Positions 35,440-44,190 of a stretch of 64,000 nt of DNA are shown in pieces. The stretch is from assembly GCA_964565565.1 (NCBI GenBank), contig CAZMFM010000002.1, forward strand, positions 27,674 through 91,673. The letters run 5' to 3'. A program made the translations under genes and the position numbers. Origin of the DNA: an uncultured Spirochaetaceae bacterium. GTDB lineage: Bacteria; Myxococcota_A; UBA9160; UBA4427. Position 1 is the first letter of the stretch. Each line of letters begins with the position of its first letter. The notes beneath the pieces were generated by a model. It was not told where the DNA came from and did not search any database. It saw nothing but the letters and a program-made list of their open reading frames with translations.

Positions 35440-36592
35440 CAAAGAATCGCCGAGCGGTTCGGGGTTGAACCTCTATAGCGGAGAAGCTCAATATCAGAAT
35501 TTTTCCAATATGCGGGATCTGTTCCCGATTCGCTCGATGGCGGCCTCGACTGTCCCGTTCCAGTTTCCCGGTGGAGCGCCGATCGAGTTGCCTGAGACAT
35601 ACCCGTTTGGTGGTTGTGCGAATTCGTCGTCGGAGTTGCTGGCGAGTACGGACACGAGTGCATTGCTTGTTCTGCAGGACGGCGCTCTTTGCCTTGAACG
35701 ATATTGGCTGACAGGCGGCCGCGAGGTTCAGTGGATCTCCTGGTCGGTGGCGAAGAGTTTTGTGTCCGCGCTCGTTGGGATTGCTCTCGAGGACGGTCTC
35801 ATCAAGTCGATTCACGATCCAATCAGCGACTACACGCCGTCCTTGATGGGGTCGGTTTACGAGGGTGTGCGGATCAAGGACGTATTGCAGATGTCGTCCG
35901 GTGCGCGGTGGAACGAAGACTACAGCGACTCGACCTCCGATATCCACCGACTCGGCGCGGCGATGGCAGGGAGCCAGTCACTGGCAGAATTCGTCATGGG
36001 GATGGAGCGCGCGACGGAGCCCGGCACATTCTGTCAATACAACTCAGCCGATACTCAGGCACTCGGTATGTTACTCGTCGCAGTGACGGGTAGTCCCATC
36101 GCCGAGTACATGCAGCAACGACTCTGCGAACCACTGGGAATGGAATCGGAAGGCTATTGGCTGCTCGACAGCAGTGGTATGGAGATGGTCCTCGGCGGCT
36201 TGAACCTGACTGCTCGGGACTTCGCGAAGATTGGTCAGCTCTTCCTGAACAAGGGAGTCTGGGCTGGGCAGCAGATTGTTCCCAAGGTGTGGGCCGAAGC
36301 TTCTGTCGTCGCCGACGCGCCTCATGTCGAAATGGGTCAGGTGATCGTCGGAGGCCATCCGTTTCCGGCGGGCTATGGCTATCAGTGGTGGGTACCGGCT
36401 GGTGATCGCGGCGAGTATTCGGCGATCGGTGTCTACAACCAATTTGTGTTCGTGGACCCGTCGCGCAGCGTGGTCATCGTCAAGTTGTCGGCCAATCCCG
36501 CATACGGTACATCGCCCGATGAGGCGACGAATCGCGAGGAAGAGACCATCGAATTTCTCCGGGCCATCGCTCGAAGCACCGAACCCGATTGA
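35432..36592 (+). CDS. serine hydrolase, beta-lactamase/class C-like family
   Basis: SxxK motif in ISWSVAKSF, a YNS segment, and family-typical ..GYQWWV.. and ..VYNQFVFVDP.. The start overlaps the upstream gene by 8 nt. Confidence 0.85.
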   Translation: MADKESPSGSGLNLYSGEAQYQNFSNMRDLFPIRSMAASTVPFQFPGGAPIELPETYPFGGCANSSSELLASTDTSALLVLQDGALCLERYWLTGGREVQWISWSVAKSFVSALVGIALEDGLIKSIHDPISDYTPSLMGSVYEGVRIKDVLQMSSGARWNEDYSDSTSDIHRLGAAMAGSQSLAEFVMGMERATEPGTFCQYNSADTQALGMLLVAVTGSPIAEYMQQRLCEPLGMESEGYWLLDSSGMEMVLGGLNLTARDFAKIGQLFLNKGVWAGQQIVPKVWAEASVVADAPHVEMGQVIVGGHPFPAGYGYQWWVPAGDRGEYSAIGVYNQFVFVDPSRSVVIVKLSANPAYGTSPDEATNREEETIEFLRAIARSTEPD

Positions 36593-36750
36593 TCCCGAAC
36601 GGTTCCTGGAATCGGTCCGCCGCACAATCGTTCATCTCTTTCGATTGGCATTCGATCGATCTTCCCGCCTAAGCGGCTCCTGCTGCTGCTTCTGCTGCGG
36701 CCGGGTGAACTGAAAGATTCCACATTCTCTGGCTTTGCGCCGGGCGGCCT

Positions 36751-37113
36751 CTAGCGTTCCGGAATGGGGCCGAAGAAGCCCTCGACACGACAGACCCGTC
36801 CATCCTGGTTGATTTCGCAGACATCGAAACCCGTCATCAGGAGCTTGTCTTCCTGGCGGATCTCCCAGTGGTAGCGAACGAGGCCGTGATGTTGATCGAA
36901 TCCGCTCGAGTGGGAAATGTCAGCATCCGGGAAGCGCGCGCGGAACTCGCGAACCATGGTTTCGAACGCGTCGTGGCCAACGATCGAGTTCGCGGGATCG
37001 ATGAAGATCACCTCCTTGCTGAAGATCTCATCGATATCCCCTCGGATCGTTTCGAGATCGCGTTCGTTCCACATGGCCATCATTCTCTCGAGTACTTTGG
37101 GCGCTTCGGGCAT
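36751..37113 (-). CDS. NTF2/SnoaL-like small protein
   Basis: 120 aa. The ..MAMWNERDLETIRGDIDEIFSKEVIFIDP.. pattern matches NTF2-like folds. Divergent from the TetR gene. Confidence 0.65.
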   Translation of the reverse strand: MPEAPKVLERMMAMWNERDLETIRGDIDEIFSKEVIFIDPANSIVGHDAFETMVREFRARFPDADISHSSGFDQHHGLVRYHWEIRQEDKLLMTGFDVCEINQDGRVCRVEGFFGPIPER

Positions 37114-37165
37114 TGTGCTCTCCTGCTTCGGCCGTTTGGGTTCGCCACGACCGCCGCGTGTCTTA

Positions 37166-37212
37166 TTTACAGACCGTTGGTTTGTTTAGCAAACAGACTC
37201 ATAGTCTGTAAA
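37166..37212. promoter_or_regulatory. repeated ACAGAC half-sites (TTTACAGAC .. AAACAGAC-TCATA-GTCTGTAAA), candidate TetR operator
   Basis: 6-bp inverted arms ACAGAC/GTCTGT with a 5-nt spacer at 37193-37209, plus a further direct copy at 37166-37174. It lies 9 nt upstream of the TetR ATG (37221), in the divergent intergenic region. Confidence 0.35.
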
Positions 37213-37220
37213 GTAGTGAC

Positions 37221-37811
37221 ATGGCCACCCAGGCAGATCGCAGCGCCGCAATGCGCGACCGTCTCATCGATGTAGGGTTGAGGAGGTTCGTTGAAGACGG
37301 ATACGAGGCGACGTCGACGAATTCGCTACTCGCAGAGGCGAGTGCGAGCAAGGGGGCCCTCTACCATCATTTCTCGAGCAAGCAGGCGCTATTCGAGGCG
37401 ATCTTCGAGCACGTCGCGGAGTCTTCAATCCTTCGAGCGGTGAAGCGATCGGCTTCGAGGCCCGCGGAGACCGAACTCGACCGGCTGATCGGGGGCGCAA
37501 TGTGTTGGTTGTGGGAAGCCCGTCGCCCGGAAGTTTCGAAAATTCTCCTGGACGAGGGCCCACGAGTGCTGGGGTTCGAACGGGCCCGCGAACTCGAGGC
37601 CAAATACAGTCTTGGTCTTATGATGCGGGGGCTCGAACGCGCTCGATTGGCCGGGGAGATCGATGTGCCGGATCTCGAATTTTCCGCTCGACTCATCAAC
37701 GCTGCACTCGGAGAGGCTGCGCTCGTCCGAGCCACGCAGAGCCGACCACCGAGTCGAGCGAAGGTGGAAGAGACGCTTCGCAAGATGATCCTCGGTCTCA
37801 CGCAGCGGTGA
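37221..37811 (+). CDS. TetR/AcrR family transcriptional regulator
   Basis: HTH ..GLRRFVEDGYEATSTNSLLAEASASKGALYHHF.. 196 aa. Confidence 0.9.
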   Translation: MATQADRSAAMRDRLIDVGLRRFVEDGYEATSTNSLLAEASASKGALYHHFSSKQALFEAIFEHVAESSILRAVKRSASRPAETELDRLIGGAMCWLWEARRPEVSKILLDEGPRVLGFERARELEAKYSLGLMMRGLERARLAGEIDVPDLEFSARLINAALGEAALVRATQSRPPSRAKVEETLRKMILGLTQR

Positions 37812-37895
37812 TGGATCCTCTCAGTGATGGTGGGTTCGCTCCGGGTAGCGAATGCTCGATCCGGTCACAGACTACGAGGCTGAGCCGCGGTCGCT

Positions 37896-39470
37896 TCAAG
37901 GCGGCGAATTCTCGTGATCGTGACCGGGTGAGTGAGTATCTGGTCGTCGAGGATCGGCACCCGCGCTTGACCGCGCGTCTCTAGTCTGGCGATCGTTTGC
38001 ACAACGATCGAAATAGAGTTCTTTCACGACTCCGACGCCAATCAGTACGGTGATCAAGGCGAGCGGCAGGCCAACGATGATCGAAGCCGCTTGTAGCGCG
38101 GGTACGCCTCCGACGGCGATCAGCACGGCGGTCACAAGCGCCAGGATGAATCCCCATAGCGCCTGATGTCCGGCACTATCCGGGGCGCCGACCAAATGGC
38201 TGATCACCAGGGTCGCTGAATCCAGCGAGGTGATCAGCCAGCTGAAGAGCAGGAAGGCCGCGACCGCAATCAGGACCATGCCGACGTCGGGCCCGGACAG
38301 ATTTTCGAGCACCGTCACGATGCCCAGGCTGTAGTCCTGATTGACCGCGACACTGACGGCACCGGCATTGGCCTCTTCTTGATGCAAGGCCGTACCACCC
38401 AGAACGGCCATCCAAACGATGATCACGATCGTGGGAACAAGGAGCACGGCCAATACGAATTCACGAATCGTTCGACCCTTCGAGATCCGTGCGATGAAGA
38501 GGCTGACGAAGGGCATCCAGGCGAGCCACCAACCCCAATAGAAGACGGTCCAAGAAGCCTGCCAGGCCTTTTCAGAATCGCTCTCGCCAATCCAGATTCC
38601 GAGGGGCAGGACAGTCCAGACATAATCGACCGACGTGGTCCAGATGAGTTCAATCAGATCGGCGGTTGGCCCCAACATCAAGATGCTTGCGAGAAAGAGC
38701 CCGCTCACCCAGACATTCACTTCGCTGAGGCGTCGAATCCCGCGCCCAACACCCGAAACCGCAGAGGCGACGCCGAAGGCGCAGACGACGAATACGATTC
38801 CGATCTGAGTCGTTGAGTCGACCGCTAGGCCAAATCCCGAGAAGAGGGTGGCGTTCAAGGCGGCGGCGGAAAGGCCGATCGACGTCGCAACGCCGAAGAT
38901 CGTTCCCATGAGCGCTAGCCAATCGACGATTCGGCCCGGCCAGCGATCGATCCAACGGTTCCCGAGAATGGGATAGAGGGCCGACCGAATGGTGAGGGGC
39001 CGACCATGACGGTAGCTGGCGATGCTGATCGCAAGTCCGCCCAGGATATACATCCCCCAACCGTGCAGGCCCCAATGAAAGACGGTGACGCGCAGGGCGA
39101 TTCGAGGGAGGTCCGGTTGTCCCTCGCTGCCGATGAAGGGGTTTGACTGGTAGTGGATGATCGGCTCCGCAACCGCCCAATAGAGCAGGCCGGAAGCGAG
39201 CCCGGCCGAGAAGAGCATTGCCAGCCATGAAAATCGGCTGAACTCGGGCGCAACATCGTCGGGACCGAGGCGCAGACTCGCCTGCGGCGACAGGCCGATC
39301 AGGACGACAAGCACCAAGGTCGCGCTGGCCACGCCGACAAAAAGCCAATCGAAGTAGTCGACGACCTTATCTTTCGAGCCAATCAGAAAATCGTTTGCCG
39401 AATCGAATGGGACGCCGAAAAATAGACCGATGAGTACAAGGCCTAGCAGCGCCAATGCGTTCCACTTCAA
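37896..39470 (-). CDS. BCCT family (betaine/carnitine/choline) transporter
   Basis: BCCT signatures ..FSWLAMLFSAGLASGLLYWAVAEP.. and ..WTVFYWGWWLAWMPFVSLFIARISKGRTIREF.. The TTG start at 39470 overlaps the betA stop (TTGA). The 764-aa track ORF is an artefactual upstream extension across betA. Confidence 0.85.
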   Translation of the reverse strand: MKWNALALLGLVLIGLFFGVPFDSANDFLIGSKDKVVDYFDWLFVGVASATLVLVVLIGLSPQASLRLGPDDVAPEFSRFSWLAMLFSAGLASGLLYWAVAEPIIHYQSNPFIGSEGQPDLPRIALRVTVFHWGLHGWGMYILGGLAISIASYRHGRPLTIRSALYPILGNRWIDRWPGRIVDWLALMGTIFGVATSIGLSAAALNATLFSGFGLAVDSTTQIGIVFVVCAFGVASAVSGVGRGIRRLSEVNVWVSGLFLASILMLGPTADLIELIWTTSVDYVWTVLPLGIWIGESDSEKAWQASWTVFYWGWWLAWMPFVSLFIARISKGRTIREFVLAVLLVPTIVIIVWMAVLGGTALHQEEANAGAVSVAVNQDYSLGIVTVLENLSGPDVGMVLIAVAAFLLFSWLITSLDSATLVISHLVGAPDSAGHQALWGFILALVTAVLIAVGGVPALQAASIIVGLPLALITVLIGVGVVKELYFDRCANDRQTRDARSSAGADPRRPDTHSPGHDHENSPP

Positions 39471-41140
39471 AGTAGAGCCTTTCCCGGATGCTCGGCAGAT
39501 ATCGGATCGTTCCCCAAGATGGCGTCTGCGGCGCGTTCCGCGATCATCATGACTGGCGCGTAGATGTTCGCGTTCGTGATGGTCGGCATGACGGATGCGT
39601 CCACGACGCGCAGTCCCCCGACGCCATGCACGCGGAACGAGTTCGGGTCCACGACCGCGCCGGAATCGATTCCCATTCGGCATGTGCAGGATGGATGGAG
39701 TGCGGTTTCCCCTTCCTGCGCGACCCACTGGAGAACCTCTTCGTCGCTCGAAATCGCCGGCCCTGGCGAGATTTCGCCGCCGTCGAATGCTTGGAACGCG
39801 GGCTGGCGGAGAAGATTGCGTGCACAGGCGATCGCTTCGATCCACTCTCGGCGGTCTCGATCGGTCGAGAGATAGTTGAAGCGAAGGCGCGGCGCGTCCA
39901 AAGGATTGCGGGAGCGGATTCGAAGCGTCCCTCGGGCGTCGGAGAGCATGGGGCCGATATGGATCTGGTAACCATGGCCGCGTGTCGCCGTCGTTCCGTC
40001 GTACCGAATAGCAAGCGGCAGAAAGTGGATCATCAGGTTGGGATAGTCCACGGCCGAATTCCCGCGCACAAACCCCCCGGCCTCGAAATGATTCGTCATC
40101 CCCGGACCTCTTCCCGCCAGCCACTGGAGGCCAATCCAGGGCCGCCAACGCCGCTTCACGTTCGGCGCCATTGAAACAGGCTGGGTGCATAGATGTTGCA
40201 CGTAGACTTCCAAGTGGTCCTGAAGGTTCTCGCCGACGCCGGGAAGATCTTGCACTACGTCGAGATCGAACTCATCCAATAATTTCGCAGGACCGACTCC
40301 AGACAATTGCAAGAGTTGCGCGGAGTTGATTGCGCCTCCGCAGCAGATGACTTCGGTTCCGCGAACGCGTTTTGTCCGACCTCGAGTCGTGTATTCCACG
40401 CCGGTCGCTTGACGCCCTTCGAATAACACGCGTGTTGCATGGGCTCGAAAGAGGACTTCCAGGTTCGGGCGGTTTCGAACCGGATGATAGTAGGCGCGTG
40501 CCGAACTCCAGCGGGCGCCCCTGCGAATCGTTCGATCGAAACGACCGAAGCCCTCTTGGCGGCGACCGTTCACATCCTCAGTCAGGCCATGGCCGGCTTG
40601 CTGTGCGGCTTCGAAGAAAGCATCGAATAGAGGACCCTCAGCGGGTCCGCGTTCGATCGAGAGCGGTCCGTCACGACCGCGATATTCGTCCTCACCATCG
40701 CGCGCCGACTCCATTCGTTTGAAGTAGGGAAGGCAATGCGCGTAACTCCATTGTTCCAGCCCCGGCTCCTTGGCCCAGCCATCGTAGTCGGCGGCGTTTC
40801 CGCGCTGGAAGATCATTCCATTGATGCTGCTCGATCCCCCGAGTATTTTCCCGCGCGCGTGATAGACCTCGCGTCCTGCCATGTGCGGCTCAGGTTCACT
40901 GCGATAGCCCCAATCATAGAAGCGACTCCCGATCGGAAAGGCCAACGCGGCCGGCATGTGGATGAATACGTCCCACCACGCGTCCGTTCGCCCAGCCTCC
41001 AGGACCAGGACGCGATGGTCGGGATTCGCACTCAGCCTGTTCGCGAGTACACAGCCAGCCGATCCCCCGCCGACGATAATGAAGTCGTAGTGGTCTTTGC
41101 GGTCACTGCCATCGTGGTCGGAGCGAGAGTCAGTGGGGAT
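39467..41140 (-). CDS. betA: choline dehydrogenase (GMC oxidoreductase)
   Basis: Similar to BetA along its whole length (..MPAALAFP..GKILGGSSSINGM..LPGVGENLQDHLE..NHFEAGGF..HPSCTCRMG..). The FAD-binding DFIIVGGGSAGCVLANRLS lies upstream of the track ATG (40957), in the same open frame and without a canonical start. The proposed start is ATC 41140, 6 nt after AAGGAG. The gene itself is confident; the start codon is tentative. Confidence 0.8.
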   Translation of the reverse strand: MPTDSRSDHDGSDRKDHYDFIIVGGGSAGCVLANRLSANPDHRVLVLEAGRTDAWWDVFIHMPAALAFPIGSRFYDWGYRSEPEPHMAGREVYHARGKILGGSSSINGMIFQRGNAADYDGWAKEPGLEQWSYAHCLPYFKRMESARDGEDEYRGRDGPLSIERGPAEGPLFDAFFEAAQQAGHGLTEDVNGRRQEGFGRFDRTIRRGARWSSARAYYHPVRNRPNLEVLFRAHATRVLFEGRQATGVEYTTRGRTKRVRGTEVICCGGAINSAQLLQLSGVGPAKLLDEFDLDVVQDLPGVGENLQDHLEVYVQHLCTQPVSMAPNVKRRWRPWIGLQWLAGRGPGMTNHFEAGGFVRGNSAVDYPNLMIHFLPLAIRYDGTTATRGHGYQIHIGPMLSDARGTLRIRSRNPLDAPRLRFNYLSTDRDRREWIEAIACARNLLRQPAFQAFDGGEISPGPAISSDEEVLQWVAQEGETALHPSCTCRMGIDSGAVVDPNSFRVHGVGGLRVVDASVMPTITNANIYAPVMMIAERAADAILGNDPISAEHPGKALL

Positions 41141-41214
41141 GCTGGACTCCTTGCACTGCGGGCAAGTCGAAGGTCTCAGTCGAAGCGAAAAGTCGGTGCG
41201 TGGTCACGCGGAGA

Positions 41215-42771
41215 TCAAGCCTCCAAGAGCCGCAGATGACTGGTTCCCGAGAGCGTCTGCAGAATCGGTCCGGCGTGGTATTTCGCGGATCGATGCGTCG
41301 TCGAGTCCACAAAGTAGTATTCGGCTCTCGCACGCTCCGCCGTCAGATCCAAAATCACGAATCCGTGCTCGTCCACGTTCGCATATTTTAGATGGGGTAC
41401 GCGGTCTACGATTCCTTCGAAGCGCTCGCGTCCTCGCGGCGAACTGCCAGGCGTACTCGCGCTCACGGCTGGGGTCACGAATTCGACGGCTTGTGAACCT
41501 GAGCCCGATTCGGCGTCGTAGGTGGCTCCAGACGACTTGGTTGGCGGAACCTCGAAGGCCCAGGCGCTATGCACATCACCTGTCAAGAAAATCAGGTTGC
41601 CGATCGCGTTCTGCGATAGATGGTCAAGGACCTGCTTGCGGTTCTCTCGGTAGCCATCCCAGCTATCGGGGTTGAAGCGAGAAACGCCATCTGTAAAGGG
41701 AGAGAAAATCACCTGCTGGCCGATCACCCGCCACGCCGATCCGCGATCCGAAGATTCGGAGAGGGCGTCGAGCAGCCAGCCTGTCTGATCCTCGCCCAGT
41801 ATCGATCGCGAAGCATTCCTTGCCCCGAGATGATCCGTTGATCCGACTTGTTTGTCGCGTCCATGCAGACGAGTGTCGAGCATGACCAGATCGAGCAGGG
41901 TTCCGAAGCGGAAAGTCCGGAAGAGTTGTGTCGGCAGCTCTCGGATGGGCATCCATTCGTAGTAGGCGCGGATGGCGGAGAGCTTCCTCGTCTGCCAGTC
42001 GCCAAGGCTCAGGTCATGATCAAGAGACCCTTCCCGGTGGGAATTGTCGGCGCTCTCGTGGTCGTCCCAGACGGTGATCCAGGGATGGCGAGCATGCGCG
42101 GCCTGAAGATCCGGGTCCATCTTGTATTGCGCATGGCGACGCCGATAGTCTTCCAGTCGAACGAGGACTCGGTCGGGGTCGGGGACTCGCCCCATTTTGC
42201 GTCCGTCTCCATAGCCACCATTCGCGTACTCATAGATGTAGTCGCCGAGATGCAGAACGACGTCGAGGTCGTCGCGGGCGGCGATCGCCGCATAGGCGTT
42301 GAAATAACCCTCTGGATAGTTTGCACAGGATGTGAAGGCGATTCGCACTTGTCGACAGGAATCGTCAGGAAGGGTTCGTGTTCTCCCGATCGGCGACTTC
42401 ACCCCGGCCGCCTCGAAGCCAAAGAAATAGTCGGTGCCCGGCGCCAGTCCGCCAACATCGATCTTGACCGTAAAGTCGCGATCTGGCTGCGCATCGACCT
42501 CGCCTGACCCGAAGATGTCCAGTCCGTCAGGGTCCGCGGCAATCCACCATGCCGTTCGAATTGGCTCCAGGAAGCGACCTTCCCTTGGCGAAACGCGTGT
42601 CCACAGGATCACGCCATTCGAAAGGGGGTCGCCGCTCGCCAGGCCGTGGATGAATGGGGACCGGTTTGCGGCCACGCTGCCCGCGCCCGGATGTTTCGAG
42701 CAAGAAGCGACTCCGAGCCCGACGAGCGTTGTCTGCGCCGCACCGACTCTCAGGAAATCACGCCTATTCAC
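41215..42771 (-). CDS. phoD: PhoD-family alkaline phosphatase/phosphodiesterase, Tat-exported
   Basis: The GTG start gives VNRRDFLRVGAAQTTLVGLGVASC, a twin-arginine signal. Metallophosphatase motifs ..VLHLGDYIYEY.. and ..WITVWDDHE.. plus ..FLTGDVHSAWA.. Confidence 0.85.
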   Translation of the reverse strand: MNRRDFLRVGAAQTTLVGLGVASCSKHPGAGSVAANRSPFIHGLASGDPLSNGVILWTRVSPREGRFLEPIRTAWWIAADPDGLDIFGSGEVDAQPDRDFTVKIDVGGLAPGTDYFFGFEAAGVKSPIGRTRTLPDDSCRQVRIAFTSCANYPEGYFNAYAAIAARDDLDVVLHLGDYIYEYANGGYGDGRKMGRVPDPDRVLVRLEDYRRRHAQYKMDPDLQAAHARHPWITVWDDHESADNSHREGSLDHDLSLGDWQTRKLSAIRAYYEWMPIRELPTQLFRTFRFGTLLDLVMLDTRLHGRDKQVGSTDHLGARNASRSILGEDQTGWLLDALSESSDRGSAWRVIGQQVIFSPFTDGVSRFNPDSWDGYRENRKQVLDHLSQNAIGNLIFLTGDVHSAWAFEVPPTKSSGATYDAESGSGSQAVEFVTPAVSASTPGSSPRGRERFEGIVDRVPHLKYANVDEHGFVILDLTAERARAEYYFVDSTTHRSAKYHAGPILQTLSGTSHLRLLEA

Positions 42772-43067
42772 GGGCACGTACGTCTCGCCTCCAATCGTCC
42801 ATCTCCTTGGACCGCTTATGAGTATGCCAGAGACTCTTCTTTCCTGGGTGCCTGCGGGAGGATTCGAGACATCTTTCTCTCCACACAGGGTCACAATGCA
42901 GTCGTCTAGGCGCAATCCACCGGGAGGGGAGATTGGTTTTTCAATCGAAGACCTTTGAGGGTTCGTTCCGGGAATGCTTGACGTATGGACGAAACCGTAG
43001 GTTCGTAGTGCTCAGGGAGTTTGATGCAGTGCCGCCCCGACCGAAGGCCCGGCGGCCGAGCACGCTG

Positions 43068-43820
43068 CTAGAATCGGTATTGGAGACCGGCCGCGAAGGA
43101 CATGTAGTTGAGATCGTCGACATCGCCGATATCGGGCTCCTTGAGTGTCGTTACGACCGCGGATCCCTGGACATTCACCACGATGTGTTTCGTGATGTAG
43201 AGATCGAGCCCGAGGCCTGCTCGCGCCGCCGGCTTGGCGTGCTTGCCGTCATTGATATTGCCGCCCAATGCGTTGAGCGCGTCGGCCAGATTGCCGTTGC
43301 TCACCTTGGAGATGGCGACGCCACCGCCGAGCAGGAAATAAGGCTGAACGCGCCAGAAGGGAATGATCCATTTGGTGTTCGCAGTGAGCGTATGGCCTTC
43401 GATGCTGTAGAGATTTCCAGATGCGGGGACAGGCGTATCGGTCGAGCCTTTGATGTCGTACTCGTCGACCCACTCGTATTGGAGTTCGATCGCGAACCAG
43501 GACCAGATGCGATAGCCGAGCAGCGCGTTGATGCCGGCCGAATCGTCGAGATCAAAGCTGGCGTTCGCACCGGGTAGCGCGGCGTCGACTTCGTCCTGAA
43601 CCACATCTTCGATCCGGCTATTGAAGACGTTGTATTGATAAGTACCACCGCCGCCCATATAGAACCCCGGGCGATCGAAGGGGTCCTGATCCGAGGCACC
43701 GGAAGCCTCTGCAATCTCCGGCGCAACGAATAACAAGCTCATAGTCAGGATGGCTATCGCCAGGACGAATTGTCGGATTCGTCGCTGGTTCGCTCGGCCA
43801 AACTCGCCCCAGAACTTCAT
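43068..43820 (-). CDS. outer-membrane beta-barrel protein (OmpA-like/OmpW-like porin family)
   Basis: Signal peptide ..LAIAILTMSLLFVAPEIAEA. Alternating beta-strand pattern. Terminal ..AAGLQYRF* with an aromatic C-terminal residue. Confidence 0.7.
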   Translation of the reverse strand: MKFWGEFGRANQRRIRQFVLAIAILTMSLLFVAPEIAEASGASDQDPFDRPGFYMGGGGTYQYNVFNSRIEDVVQDEVDAALPGANASFDLDDSAGINALLGYRIWSWFAIELQYEWVDEYDIKGSTDTPVPASGNLYSIEGHTLTANTKWIIPFWRVQPYFLLGGGVAISKVSNGNLADALNALGGNINDGKHAKPAARAGLGLDLYITKHIVVNVQGSAVVTTLKEPDIGDVDDLNYMSFAAGLQYRF

Positions 43821-44190
43821 TGCTGTCCTCCGTGCGTCACGCGTCCATGTTTTCCCCGAATGCAAGGGGTTCCCGGCGATCGCTGTGTCCTGCCGGACTT
43901 TTCGGCGCTTCCGCGGTGGGCCTGTAGCCGGCTCGATTCCCGGGCTCGAAGAAGACAGAAAGGCCAATGGTCTTGGGTACTTGAGCGCTGAGTAGAGTAG
44001 TCCACGGTTGCTTACGCGATGCGATCCAGCTCACACAGATGAGCCTTCGTCCGGCCGAGTCTCGACGGCCTGGCATCCGCTCCCAAACTGGGGCTCGCGT
44101 GCTGCGTTTGCAACGATCCTTCTCGGCTGTTCTAGAAGACCACCACGCGCCGTTCCATTTCTCGAATCATCCAAACAGACGATCGATGGT

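Noticed and set aside
39471-40190. N-terminal 240 codons of the 764-aa track ORF 37896..40190
   Set aside because: This part overlaps betA in another frame and looks non-protein-like (R/G/P-rich). BCCT homology starts right after the TTG at 39470, which is coupled to the betA stop.
39467-40957. Taking the track ORF (start ATG 40957) as the complete betA
   Set aside because: That start would delete the GxGxxG FAD-binding fold, which is encoded in-frame immediately upstream. See the finding on the non-canonical start.
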